NCBI GenBank assembly: GCA_002269645.1
Contig: NIVC01001175.1
Span: forward strand, 62,001-126,000
DNA from: Macrostomum lignano
Taxonomy: Eukaryota
Reading direction: 5' to 3'
Length of the DNA: 64,000 nucleotides
The position numbers and the translations under genes were made by a program. Within the stretch, counting starts at the first letter, position 1, and each line of letters starts with the position of its first letter. Below the pieces are notes generated by a model. The model did not search any database. It was not told where the DNA came from and was given only the letters and a program-made list of their open reading frames with translations. This document shows positions 22,564 to 34,929 of the stretch, piece after piece.

Positions 22564-25120
22564 TGGAGTGATTCTCATGCAGATTGGAGTGATTCTCATG
22601 CATATTGGAGTGATTCTTATGTAGATTGGAGTGATTCTTATGCAGATTGGAGTGATTCTCATGCAGATTGGAGTGATTCTCATACAGATTGGAGTGATTC
22701 TCATGTAGATTGGAGGGATTCTCATGCAGATTGGAGCGATTATTATGTAGATTGAAAGGATTATCATGCAGATTGGAGTGATTCTCATGCAGATTGGAGT
22801 GATTCTCATGCATATTGGAGTGATTATTATGTAGATTGAAAGGATTATCATGCAGATTGGAGTGATTCTCATGCAGATTGGAGTGATTCTCATACAGATT
22901 GGAGTGATTCTCATGTAGATTGGAGGGATTCTCATGCAGATTGGAGCGATTATTATGTAGATTGAAAGGATTATCATGCAGATTGGAGTGATTCTCATGC
23001 AGATTGGAGTGATTCTCATGCATATTGGAGTGATTATTATGTAGATTGAAAGGATTATCATGCAGATTGGAGTGATTCTCATGCAGATTGGAGTGATTCT
23101 CATGCATATTGGAGTGATTCTTATGTAGATTGGAGTGATTCTCACACAGATTAGTGTCATTCTCACACAGATTGGCATGATTCTTACGTAGATTGGAGTG
23201 AACTTCTCACACATAGGTTGGAGTGATTCTCTCACAGGTTGGAGTGATTCTCTCACAGATTGAAGTGATTCTCACACAGGTTTGAGTGATTCTCATGTAG
23301 ATTGGAAGGATTCTCATGTAGATTGGTGTACTTTTCTCATACAAATTGGAGTGCTTCTCACATACAGATTGGAGTGATTCTCACATACAGATTGGAGTGA
23401 TTCTCTTACAGATTGGAGTGATTCTCACGCAGATTGGAGTGATTCTCGTGCAGATTTGAGTGATTCTTATACAGATTGGAGTGGTTCTCATGCAGATTAG
23501 AGTGATTCTTATGCAGATTGGAGTGATTCTCACACAGATTGGAGTGATTCTCACACAGATTGGCGTGATTCTCACACACAGATTGGAGTGATTCCCTCAC
23601 ACAGGTTGGAGTGATTCTCTCACAGGTTGGAGTGATTCTCTCACAGATTGAAGTGATTCTCACACAGGTTTGAGTGATTCTCATGTAGATTGGAAGAATT
23701 CTCATGTACATGTAGATTGGTGTACTTTTCTCATACAGATTGGAGTGATTCTCTCACAGATTGGAGTGAGTCTCTCACAGATTGGAGTGATTCTCATGCA
23801 GATTGTAGTGATTCTCATGCAGAGTGGAGTGATTCTTATGCAGATTGGAGTGATTCTCACAGATTGGAGTGATTCTCCCAGATTGGAGTGATTCTTATGT
23901 AGATTGTAAGGATTTTCACAGATTGGGGTGATTCTCCCAGATTGGAGTGATTCTTATGTAGCTTGGAAGGATTCTCATGTAGATTGGAGTGTTTCCCATG
24001 CAGATTTGAGTAATTCTCACAGGTTGGAGTGATTCTTATGTAGATTGGAGTGATTCTTATGTAGATTGGAATGATTCCCATGCAGATTGGACTGATTCTC
24101 ACAGATTGGAGTGATTCTTATGTAGATTGGAGTGATTCTCACGCAGATTGGAGTGATTCTCACAGCTTGGAGTGATTCTTATGCAGATTAGAGTGATTCT
24201 TTTGCAGATTGAAGTGATTCTCATGCAGATTGGAGTGATTCTCATGCAGATTAGAGTGATTCTTATGTAGATTAGAGTGATTCTTATGCAGATTGAAGTG
24301 ATTCTCATGCAGATTAGAGTGATTCTTATGTAGCTTGGAAGGATTCTCATGTAGATTGGAGTGTTTCCCATGCAGATTTGAGTAATTCTCACAGGTTGGA
24401 GTGATTCTTATGTAGATTGGAGTGATTCTTATGTAGATTGGAATGATTCCCATGCAGATTGGACTGATTCTCACAGATTGGAGTGATTCTTATGTAGATT
24501 GGAGTGATTCTCACGCAGATTGGAGTGATTCTCACAGCTTGGAGTGATTCTTATGCAGATTAGAGTGATTCTTTTGCAGATTGAAGTGATTATCATGCAG
24601 ATTAGAGTGATTCTTATGTAGATTAGAGTGATTCTTATGCAGATTGAAGTGATTCTCATGCAGATTAGAGTGATTCTTATGTAGATTGGAGTGAATCTTA
24701 TGTAGATTGGAGTGATTCTCATGTAGATTGTAAGGATTCTTACAGATTGGAGTGAGTCTCCCAGATTGGAGTGATTCTCCCAGATTGGAGTGATTCTCCC
24801 AGATTGGAGTGATTCTCCCAGATTGGAGTGATTCTCCCAGATTGGAGTGATTCTTATGTAGATTGTAAGAGTTCTCACAGATTGGAGTGATTCTCCCAGA
24901 TTGGAGTGATTCTTATGTAGTTTGGAAGGATTCTTATGTAGATTGGAGTTGTTCCCATACAGATTAGAGTGATTCTCACAGATTGGAGTGATTCTTATGT
25001 AGATTGGAAGGATTCTCACAGATTGGGGAGATTCTCCCAGATTGGAGTGATTCTCATGCATATTGGAGTGATTATTATGTAGATTGAAAGGATTATCATG
25101 CAGATTGGAGTGATTCTCTC
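22564..25120. repeat. 21-nt minisatellite GATTGGAGTGATTCTCATGCA (~120 units) with block duplications
   Basis: Period 21; produces the HENHSNL/MRITPIC ORFs. Confidence 0.97.
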
Positions 25121-25679
25121 GCACAACAATTTTTGCGAATGATGAAACTACTTTAACATGGATGAAAAAAGACGTACAGAGTGGGTAAAAGAGAGAAGAC
25201 AGCAGAAAGGGAGCAGAGAAGAGAGAAGAGAAGACGCGTTGCCATGGTGTCCCTGCCTACAGCAATAAATCTTAGCAAGTCTCTAATAAAAACGTTTTTA
25301 GCCCAGCAGTTGGGCTGAACTTCTCGCGGCATTGTGCAAGTATGGATTCATCATTTCTCTAAGAAGGTCCGCCATCTGCACTCAAGGCGCTCTCCACCCG
25401 CAACTCTCTCTGGCCCGAAGCGCAGCCTTTCAAAGCATTCAAAGTAATTGCAACCCCCCCCCCCAGTTGTCCTGCATTGCTGAGTAGGGGGGGGGGGTTG
25501 CGCCAGTTGCTAGGCACGCGGTAGCAACGGAGTAAAAAGATACAAACGTGCTACTAGTAGGGCCCTAAGACTCTACCCTACACCCCAACCTACCCTAAAG
25601 CGCAAGATTTGCAGTCTCTGACCAACAACCCACCCTCAGCCGCACGCTTTCCCGCGGGAGCGTGCCGCCCCAGCAAGTC

Positions 25680-25691
25680 TATATAAAGCCG
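25680..25691 (+). promoter_or_regulatory. TATA box of Ly6-like gene copy 1
   Basis: TATATAAAGCCG ~100 nt upstream of ATG 25783; the paralog has CATAAAAAGCCGC (59027-59039, -) at similar spacing. Confidence 0.6.
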
Positions 25692-25782
25692 CCCAAACTC
25701 GCGCTTCTCCGCTCCAGAGCGCGCCTTCTCCTGCATCTATTAATCGTCCAGAATCAGTCAACCTTTACCAAGCAGCACCGAG

Positions 25783-26360
25783 ATGAACAAGTCCAGCTAC
25801 ATCTGCCTGGGACTGCTGGTCCTGGCCTCCATGATCGGTAAGTGATTGAATCATGTAATGCACAGTTTCGCTCTGTCAATCAAAGGCACAGAATTTGAAT
25901 GATTGTCAGTCAAAACTGCCCACCCGCAGGTGTCGGACACGCCATCAGCTGTCTGGCATACAGCCACTCGGGCATTTCCGACCTCCGCGGCACCCCCACT
26001 GTACTGGAGTGCGGCAGCGCCGTCACCACCTGCAATAAGATGAACTTTGTACAATATTACACCGCTTCGAGCATGACCTTTAAATCCAATGGCAGCACTA
26101 CTGTGAGTAATAGATTAATGAGCTGATTCAGTCTGTCTCAGAATATTTGGCCCCATCCAAAGCAGCTGCGAACTCAAACGCACTCGCATTCTCAGGTCTA
26201 CGTTGGCAGCTGCGGCGGCTGCACTGGCTTGCCATCCTCGTACACCTGCACCACCTGCAGCACCGACCAGTGCAACTCCGCCTTCGCCGCTGTGCGCGCT
26301 GCCGCTCCTCTGACGCTGGCTCTGCCGCTGCTGATGGCCGCTGCCCTGCGCAGCTTCTAA
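25783..26360 (+). CDS. GPI-anchored 8-Cys Ly6/uPAR (three-finger)-like protein, copy 1; exons 25783-25837, 25930-26102, 26196-26360 (130 aa)
   Basis: Canonical GT-AG sites with consistent phases (1, 0). MNKSSYICLGLLVLASMIGVGHA signal; ISC...ECGSAVTTC...GSCGGC...CTTCSTDQCN; hydrophobic GPI-type tail SAFAAVRAAAPLTLALPLLMAAALRSF. Exon structure mirrored by the paralog. Confidence 0.88.
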
Positions 26361-26767
26361 AAGCAGAAAGAAAACTGGAGAGTTGGAGAGAATGAAACAC
26401 ATTGAAATACTCTACAAAAAACTGTGATATCGTTCCCTGATACTCAAGATCAACTTTTGCTACACGAATCAAATTATCCAGTTTTTTTACTATTTCGTAG
26501 CTTTAAATTCGTTTTATGATTAAGTTTAATTAATTTGATTTCCTTAAACTCTCGTAAAATTTATCCTTGTATTCTTCTAAAAGCCTGATTCCTATCTAAA
26601 AATGAAAAGTTCAATATAATCTCTTTTTCAAGCCAAATACAATACCAAACACACAAACAGTCAGTCCGTCTCAAATAAAATTTTAGATATTTTCTGAATA
26701 ATTAAAAAATGAGTCGGAGTATATGGCACGCTGTGAAGTTAATTTTCCAAAAAATGTGCACTGATGG

Positions 26768-28690
26768 TCAGCAGAGATCCGGAGTGAATGTCAGGAGAGA
26801 TTCGGAGTGAATGTCAGCAGAGATTCGGAGTGAATGTCAGCAGAGATTCGGAGTGATTGTCAGGAGAGATTCGGAGTGAATGTCAGGAGAGATTCGGAGT
26901 GAATGTCAGCAGAGATTCGGAGTGAATGTCAGGAGAGATTCGAAGTGATTGTCAGGAGAGATTCGGAGTGAATGTCAGGAGAGATTCGGAGTGAATGTCA
27001 GCAGAGATTCGGAGTGAATGTCAGGAGAGATTCGAAGTGAATGTCGAGAGAGATTCGGAGTGAATGTCAGGCGAGATTCGGAGTGAATGTCAGGAGAGAT
27101 CCGGAGTGAATGTCAGGAGAGATCCGGAGTAAATGTCAGTAGAGACTCTGAGTGAGTGTTAGTAGAGACTCGGAGTGAATGTCGGGAGAGATTCGGAGTG
27201 AATGTCAGGAGAGATTCGGAGTGAATGTCAGGAGAGATTCGGAGTGAATGTCAGGAGAGATTCGGAGTGAATGTCAGCAGAGATTCGGAGTGAATGTCAG
27301 GAGAGATTCGAAGTGAATGTCGAGAGAGATTCGGAGTGAATGTCAGGCGAGATTCGGAGTGAATGTCAGGAGAGATCCGGAGCGAATGTCAGGAGAGATT
27401 CGGAGTAAATGTCAGTAGAGACTCTGAGTGAGTGTTAGTAGAGACTCGGAGTGAATGTCGGGAGAGATTCGGAGTGAATGTCAGGAGAGATTCGGAGTGA
27501 ATGTCAGCAGAGATTCGGAGTGAATGTCAGCAGAGATTCGGAGTGAATGTCAGCAGAGATTCGGAGTGATTGTCAGGAGAGATTCGGAGTGAATGTCAGG
27601 AGAGATTCGGAGTGAATGTCAGCAGAGATTCGGAGTGAATGTCAGGAGAGATTCGAAGTGATTGTCAGGAGAGATTCGGAGTGAATGTCAGGAGAGATTC
27701 GGAGTGAATGTCAGCAGAGATTCGGAGTGAATGTCAGGAGAGATTCGAAGTGAATGTCGAGAGAGATTCGGAGTGAATGTCAGGCGAGATTCGGAGTGAA
27801 TGTCAGGAGAGATCCGGAGTGAATGTCAGGAGAGATCCGGAGTGAATGTCAGCAGAGATTCGGAGTGAATGTCAGGAGAGATTCGAAGTGAATGTCGAGA
27901 GAGATTCGGAGTGAATGTCAGGCGAGATTCGGAGTGAATGTCAGGAGAGATCCGGAGCGAATGTCAGGAGAGATTCGGAGTAAATGTCAGTAGAGACTCT
28001 GAGTGAGTGTTAGTAGAGACTCGGAGTGAATGTCGGGAGAGATTCGGAGTGAATGTCAGGAGAGATTCGGAGTGAATGTCAGCAGAGATTTGGAGTGAAT
28101 GTCAGCAGAGATTCGGAGTGAATGTCAGCAGAGATTCGGAGTGAATGTCAGGAGAGATTCGGAGTGAATGTCAGCAGAGATTCGGAGTGAATGTCAGGAG
28201 AGATTCGAAGTGATTGTCAGGAGAGATTCGGAGTGAATGTCAGCAGAGATTCGGAGTGAATGTCAGGAGAGATTCGGAGTGAATGTCAGGCGAGATTCGG
28301 AGTGAATGTCAGGAGAGATTCGAAGTGAATGTCGAGAGAGATTCGGAGTGAATGTCAGGCGAGATTCGGAGTGAATGTCAGGAGAGATCCGGAGCGAATG
28401 TCAGGAGAGATTCGGAGTAAATGTCAGTAGAGACTCTGAGTGAGTGTTAGTAGAGACTCGGAGTGAATGTCGGGAGAGATTCGGAGTGAATGTCAGGAGA
28501 GATTCGGAGTGAATGTCAGGAGAGACTCGGAGTGAATGTCAGGAGAGATTCGGAGTGAATGTCAGCAGTGATTCAGAGTGAATGTCAGGAGAGATTCGGA
28601 GTGAATGTCAGGAGAGATCTGGAGTGAAGGTCAGGAGAGATTCGGCTGTGAATGTCAGGAGAGATTCGGAGTGAATGTCAGGAGAGATTC
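26768..28690 (+). repeat. 23-nt minisatellite GAGATTCGGAGTGAATGTCAGGA (~83 units)
   Basis: Period 23; same family as the inverted array at 57581-57978. Confidence 0.97.
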
Positions 28691-29089
28691 AAGTGGTAAA
28701 GTTGAGATATTTTGGCCAGACCGGCCGGTTCATCTCTTTGCCGGCTCAGGGGAGCTGGTCCCCAACACGACCCCAATCGGAGTTTTTTTGGAGATGCGTG
28801 GATTCCGCTTCTCATTCGCTAAGACTTCTATTGCTCAGCCTCTCCGTATGAGTTTGTACCGGTATTGGCGTCTTCGGCATCAGGAATTTGAGCAGAGGAC
28901 GCAGCGCTACTTTACTAAATCATGGCGACCTTAGTCCAATCTTAGAATCGCACCCGTAGTTCTCAACTCCTTTTTCTCTTACTTTTAGTAGGCAGGTTCT
29001 GAGTTTTTCTCCTGTATTTATTCTGGCTGAGACTTATTTTCCTTTTTTCAGAACACTGTACTTCTTCGTAGGAATTTATTCCAACGACC

Positions 29090-29235
29090 CTGTTGTAACA
29101 CAGGCATACTACAGTTGTACTACAGGCATACTACAGTTGTAACACAGGCATACTACAGTTGTACCACAGGTATACTACAGTTGTACCACAGGTATACTAC
29201 AGTTGTACCACAGGTATACGAGCGTACTACAGTTA
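29090..29235. repeat. 22-nt tandem repeat GTACTACAGGCATACTACAGTT
   Basis: About 6 units. Confidence 0.85.
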
Positions 29236-29678
29236 CAATCGAGTTTGCTATAGTGGTCCTTGATTTATTTTTGCCGAGTTGCTTACGTTTAGAGGTCAAC
29301 CTGTCTCGGCCGATACGCCGATTTCGATATGCGATCGCCCACCTTTCGCTTTTGGCGCCAGAATGTGTCTAGCAGAGGATTTTCGACAAGTTTTTAGACC
29401 GTACAATATATTATACAATATATACACACTACTCTGCCCCAAGAAAAGCACAAGGAGATAAAAAAACGGAATAAAATAAAAAGTAAAATAACAAAAAAAG
29501 TTCATGCAACACGAAAAAATCCCAATCAAGTAGCAGACAGAAAGCTCGTCAACCGGTTGCCGTGTAAAAATCCGGTCGCCGTCGCTCCCTTCCCGACCGA
29601 CGTACCGCGTTGTCGGATTCAGCCGCGTACCGGCTGACCCGCAGAATCCTCGACGCTCGGACAGTCGTCCTCGGTGGT

Positions 29679-32600
29679 GTGTGTATTAACCTACGGCCGG
29701 GGTTTCAGCCCGGCGAGGGCGGCCGACTCCAGAAAGGTGTACGCCTCGTCCACAAGTCACATGGGCGTCGGATTAGCAGGGCAATTGAAGAGATGGGCCA
29801 CAGTTTGAGGCTCTAGGCCGCAGACCGGACAGACCGCAGCGTCGAGGACGTCCGGGGCCGGAGCCGGCGCCCATTCAGCGTTAAAATGCTCCGCGTTGAA
29901 AATAGAGGCTTTCATGAGCCTGCGCGGAGGCGGGAGGCTAGCTAGGTGGTGACACGGATGTTCTGGGCGCCTAGTGCGGAGCTTGAACTGGAGCGCAAGG
30001 AGGCGGTTGTGCTGGCGGACGGTGAGCAGCTGGACTTGCCTGTGTAGGTCAACTTCTGAAGTAAGGGCCGTGCAACCAGTGATGCAACGGATCGCCGCGT
30101 TCTGAGCCGACTGAAGCAGGGTCCAGGACGACGTCGAGATAATAGGGCCCCACACCGGCGCAGCGTAGTCGAGTAAACTTCTGCCAAGCGCTTTGAAGGT
30201 GGTCAGCAGTAACTCCTTGCAGCAGCCCCAGGACGAGGCGGCAAGGCAGCACAGCAGGCAGATTCTTTTCCGGGTTTTCTTCGCAAGGGTGGAGACATGC
30301 CTAGAGGAGAGTTTAGGGTCGAACGTCGGGCCCAGAACTTTAGGATAGAGGCCCTGCGGCAGCTGGGAGCCATTGATGAAGACTCGCAGTTGGCGGGAGT
30401 ATTCGCGCTGGTCTGGACTGAACAGAGTGGCCGTACATTTAGTGGTTGAAATCTGGAGCTTGCGCGACTCAAGGAAGGGAGCGAGATCGGCCAGGTAGCT
30501 ATTAAGCTGCTGTTCAATGGAATTGCAACTTGGGGACGAGGCGGCAACGGTAAGGCCGTCTGCGTAGCCGATCAAGTTAGTAGCCGGATTGGCAGGCACA
30601 GGAGCTTTGGCCAGATAGAAGGCGAAAAGTAGCGGGCTGATGGCGCTGCCTTGAGGTACTCCCATGCGGACCTGCCGCCACTTCGACTTAATGTCCCGCA
30701 TGATGATCTGAGCTTCTCGTCCAAGGATATAGTTGGCAAGCCAGGCCTTAATAGTGTTTGGAAAATCCGACTCAACGAGGTCGGAGAGCAGTTCAAAGTG
30801 GTCAACACAGTCGAAAGCCATCCGGAGGTCGATCGCACCAACGCCAGTCCTGGCCGGGGGGTTCGTCAGACAGAAGCCCGAGCAAATCTGCTCGAACAGC
30901 TGGCAAAGGGCGGTCCTGGTTTAGTGATGTGGGCGAAGGCCATGTTGCCAGTCTGGAAGCTGTAGTTGGTCGGTCAGAAGCGATAACAGGACCTTCTCCA
31001 GAATTTTAACGAGCGGTGAGAGGAAGGAAATCGGTCGGTACGACACATCATCGTCCTACGGTTTTCCCTCTTTCAGAAGTGGACAGATTAAGGACTTCTT
31101 CCAGACCGCCCGGATCTCATTATCGGCACCGCTCGATTGCCCGGATAGAGCGGTTGTAGAGGTTCAGGAGCGCCGCTCTCGCTTTGGGCCCGAAGTGTCG
31201 AATAACGAGAGGACAGATTCCGTCAGGTCCAATAGCTTTGGAAGGCTTGGACCGCTTGATTGCACGCTCAATGTCGTCAGCCGAAAAGACAGGGGCGTCT
31301 CCTGTAGCGCGAGTGAGAGCCTTAAGGCGTCGGCGGACGACGCGCATCTGCGGGTTCGAGCAGTGAAGACGAGGTCTCGTGAACTGGCAGTTGAGCCGGT
31401 CCACCGTCTCCGTGCCAGATAAGGCTGGCTTTCCGTTGAATTTTAAGATAACATTTTTATCCGCGCTCGGACGGCCGGCCAGCTTTTTAAGAGTGGACCA
31501 GATCCTGGGGGTCGGGGCCGACTGATTGCCGTTCTCGAGGAGGAACTCGTTCCAGCGGTCCCGTCTCTCCGCTTCCAAGCTCGCGTTGATTTGCGCTTGG
31601 AGCTCCGCAATTCTAGGATCCGACGGATTGCTAGAGCGGAGGGCGTCACGCTTGGATGAGAGCAGGCGGATGTCCGGAGTACAAGGATGTCCGGAGTGCT
31701 GCTTGAAACGGGTCTCCGGAATCGCCGCTTTCTTGGCTGCCAGGACGAGCTTACAGAAGGCCACTTCTTGAGTATCGGCAGAGCCTTCGCCAGAAAAGCT
31801 GTCCAGGAGCTCTCGAGGGTGTTAGTGAAGAGTTTCCAGTTCGCCCTTCTGAAGTTGATGAAGCATATCAGCCAAATTGGACACTCCCAGCGAGATCAGG
31901 ATAGGCAGGTGGTTGCTAGAAAGAGTGTTGAGAATATCGTAGTCGGCTTTCAGAATTAAGGATTGGTGAACAACCGTAACGTCGGGGGTGGAGTTCGGTC
32001 CGTTGCTAGGGAGTCTAGATTGAGCAGGCGAAGAGAGGAAGTCGAAGGGCGCCTGTTCGACCTGGAGGGCCAGCGAGTCCCCGCGCGGGGTAGGATCAAG
32101 CGCAGATTCCCAGGCTGGGTGGTGAGCATTCCAATCACTACAGATCACAGTCGGAGAGTCGGTGAGCAGGCTGGACAGATCTGGAGAGTAGCCGGCGCCA
32201 CAGCTGCTATCTGGCGGCAGGTAGGAATTGAACAAGCGAAAGGACGAAGTGGAGTTAAACATGATATCGATGCCTTGGAGTTCGCTGTGCCGATCCGTAA
32301 GGTCCGATGTTTCTACTGGAGAGAAGCGGATGACGTCGCGGACGAATAGGAGGAAACCCCCGCCTCTAGAGTTAGGGCGGTCGGTATGAATATAGGAGTA
32401 GCCAGGAATATCAGGAGATTTCGAGTTGCAGGACAGTTTGGATTCTTGAATGGCGATGACATGCGGGTTGACGCTGCTACAAAGGTGCTCCAGTTCTTTA
32501 ATCTTGCCGGCACTGCCGTTGGCGTTCCACTGGAGGATGATGAGGTGAGCTTGAGAATCTGTGGCAGAGCACCCAGACTTGTTGTGAGTGCCGGTGTGGG

Positions 32601-33141
32601 CACTGCCTGTATCGAAAGCGTGGTTGGTTTTATTGAGGTCGGTCTTGGTCGAGCTGACCTTACCGACGACTTGTGGATGAGGCTCGACCCCAGTCTCTGG
32701 GCTGTGCTTCTACCGCGTCCACAGCAAGGGCCGACGTAGTTAACGCTCCAGTTTTTTATCGTGATTTCAGCGCAATTGGATCCTCTAGCACGACAGTGCA
32801 CCAGCCCTTGCAGGCGGTGCACTGAACGGAGCTGCAGTTTTTTGCAATGGCCATCCCGCAGCCGGAACAGTGCCAAGTCTGCGGGCCTGGATTGCGCTCG
32901 ACGTCACCGGCGAGGAGGATAAGGTGGGCCAGCCAAGCCGGCCGGGCCGACCCGCCACAGAAAAAGGAGACCAGATCGAGGCGCCACGTCTGCCGAATCG
33001 GCTTTTCGCGACGAGGTGGAACCCTGGTGTAGGGGGTCGCGAACCATTTGCCAAGGCATGCCCGAAGGTACGTCGAGGTCGCTCCCACTTGCCGGCAAGC
33101 CGGACGAAAGCGGTTCGCAATGGAAGCAATGGAAGCAAATA
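29679..33141 (-). mobile_element. Vingi/Ingi-like non-LTR retrotransposon, near full length, frameshifted
   Basis: 14-bp TSD TCGTCCTCGGTGGT (29665-29678, 33142-33155). Domain order: 2A-like LLAGDVERNPGP, PHD-like Cys cluster, APE (ILQWNANG, AIQESK, SDWNAHH, SNHLPI), RT (AFDCV, GVPQGS, YADG), CCHC (CPVCG...H...C). No RNase H. Short AC-repeat 3' tail. Confidence 0.88.
32882..32923 (-). other. 2A-like ribosomal-skipping (StopGo) peptide LILLAGDVERNPG|P
   Basis: Exact D(V/I)ExNPGP consensus with the typical Leu-rich upstream helix. Confidence 0.85.
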
Positions 33142-33179
33142 TCGTCCTCGGTGGTCGGCTTGGCTGGCGGCCTGTCGCT

Positions 33180-34250
33180 TAGTTTCGGAGGTTGATAAAG
33201 TGCTTCAAGCGGTCGTGGTGGACCAGCAACCAACGCCTGCCGTTCACAGCCTGCAGCCGGTAGTTCACAGATCTGACCTTCTTAAGGACGATGAACGGGC
33301 CGGACCGCCGGTTCGACAGCGTCTTGCACTGGCCGCGCTTCAACGCATGGTGCGTCAGCATCACTCAGTCACCGGTCTTAAGTCGGTAGTCTCTGCCCCT
33401 AGATTGTAGAACTCGTGGGCGATCTCTGGGCCGCGCCTGATTCTCGCCTGCAGGTCCGTGCAGTCTGCGGCTGGTCGCGCTGCCCACCGAGCGCCAAGTC
33501 GACCGGCAGTCTCGGCTCCATGGCGCGTAGAACTTTTAAACGGCGACTCGCCCGTGGAGCTGTGCTCAGAGCTGTTGTAGACCCACAATATGTAGGGTAG
33601 CAGGGCGTTCCAGCTGACCTGGTTCTCCGAGCAGAATGCCGAAAGCATGTTGCCTAGTGTCCTATTGAACCTCTCGACGTTCCCGTTGCCGCTGGGTGAA
33701 ACGGTGAGGTTCTCGATTTTTCTGCTCCGAGCAGCGCGCAGGTCTGCTTGAAAACTTCGGCCCCAAACTGGCGACCTTGGTCCGAGTGCACGACCTCCGG
33801 AACTCCGTGCCGCAGCACCACGCAGGTCACCAGAACCTCGGCTACCGTCTTGGCGTCGATCTGGCTGAGGGCCGCCTTCACCCACTTTGAAAACGTGTCA
33901 ACAAAGCAGATGATGTAGCGCTTGCCTGACTCGGTGGCCGGCAGCAGGCCCTTGATATCGAGCTGCCTGACGGCCCACAGCTTGGCCGGTAGCCGCTGCC
34001 GCACCAGCTCAGCGCGCGCTCGCCTCGGCGCTCCCTTGCGGCGTTGGCAGACCAGGCAGCTCCGCACCTAGTCCCGCACGTCCTCACGCATGTCCGGCCA
34101 CCAGGAACACTCGCGCAGGGCCCGCAGCACCCGCCGCTGTCCGAGGTGACCCGCACTCGGCCGGTCCTGCGCCTATTGTAGCAGCTCCGCTCACATGTGC
34201 TGTGGGATCACCGGCAGCCCGTTGCGGAGCAGTGCGCCGTCCGGTGACAA
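33180..34250 (-). pseudogene. Gypsy integrase (HHCC, rve core, GPY/F), disrupted
   Basis: AGHLGQRR...WWPDMREDVRDYVRSCLVCQ; LDIKG, VHSDQGRQF, GNVERFNRTL; GPFIVL...VHHDRLK. Contains stops and frameshifts. Confidence 0.92.
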
Positions 34251-34287
34251 TGTCAGACAGGGCAGCAGCTTCTGGAACGACGTACTC

Positions 34288-34680
34288 TTTTTTATTTATT
34301 TTTTATTAGAGGCAGGGGGTAGTGTGCACCCTGGCGCACTTTAAGCGACATAGGCACACAACCGGCGAGAGGCATTACTGCCCATTCCGCCGACTCCCCT
34401 GAGCAGGCATACAAGCGCGCGGTTACGTACGCAGGCACACACTCACACAGAAGTGTACAGCGGCCCTAACTTTATATTATCGTTAGGCATGTACACTTCA
34501 CTGCGCCTTTGGGGGTTGGCTCTCAAGGCCATTAATTGCACGACCAGAGCTAAGCCGAGATTCCAATTCAGCCCCAAATTAATGTGACTGCACTTGGAAT
34601 CGAGCCTGGGTCGCTGGCACACCAGAACCTGCGCTAGACCGCTGGGCTACGGCCCCCTCGACCGGCCGGCCCCCCTCGAC
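34288..34680 (-). mobile_element. tRNA-derived SINE, 393 bp, inserted in the Gypsy pol
   Basis: A box TAGCCCAGCGG (34639-34649), B box GGCTCGATTCC (34596-34606), A-rich tail, 10-bp TSD CGACG(T/C)ACTC (34278-34287, 34681-34690). Removing it restores the frame VSASFQKLL. Confidence 0.85.
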
Positions 34681-34929
34681 CGACGCACTCACCGCCGCCG
34701 GAACTTGAAAGTTAGGCTGGAGCATCGCGTGCCGAACCGCGTGTAGAACCTGGTCCTGGTCCTGCTCGTCAGGCAGATTAGTGATCTGGAACTGCACCGC
34801 CGCTGCTCGGCTGAGGGTGTCAGGCACGATGTTCTCCTTGCCGGGCCGGTACAGGATCTCCAGGGGGAACTCCTGAATGAGTTGCAGCCAACGTGCGAGC
34901 CGACCCGTTGGCTCCTTCGCGTTGAGCAG

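Noticed and set aside
20925-25124. 8-aa and 7-aa periodic ORFs (VNQGSAFG, HENHSNL, MRITPIC)
   Set aside because: Unit lengths of 24 and 21 nt are multiples of 3, so the ORFs are artefacts of the arrays.
26142-26195. Upstream acceptor adding 18 in-frame codons to Ly6-like exon 3
   Set aside because: The equivalent segment in copy 2 is 53 nt, so frame is not conserved; treated as intron.
29353-29428. 65-bp TG...CA followed by a PBS-like TGGCGCC as a complete LTR
   Set aside because: Too short, and no matching 5' LTR in the window; LTR limits left unresolved.
33030-33141. HDV-like ribozyme at the 5' end of the Vingi-like LINE (known in L1Tc/ingi)
   Set aside because: A P2-like stem and J4/2-like CAAA are present, but I could not place P1 or P1.1; unsupported without a structure search.
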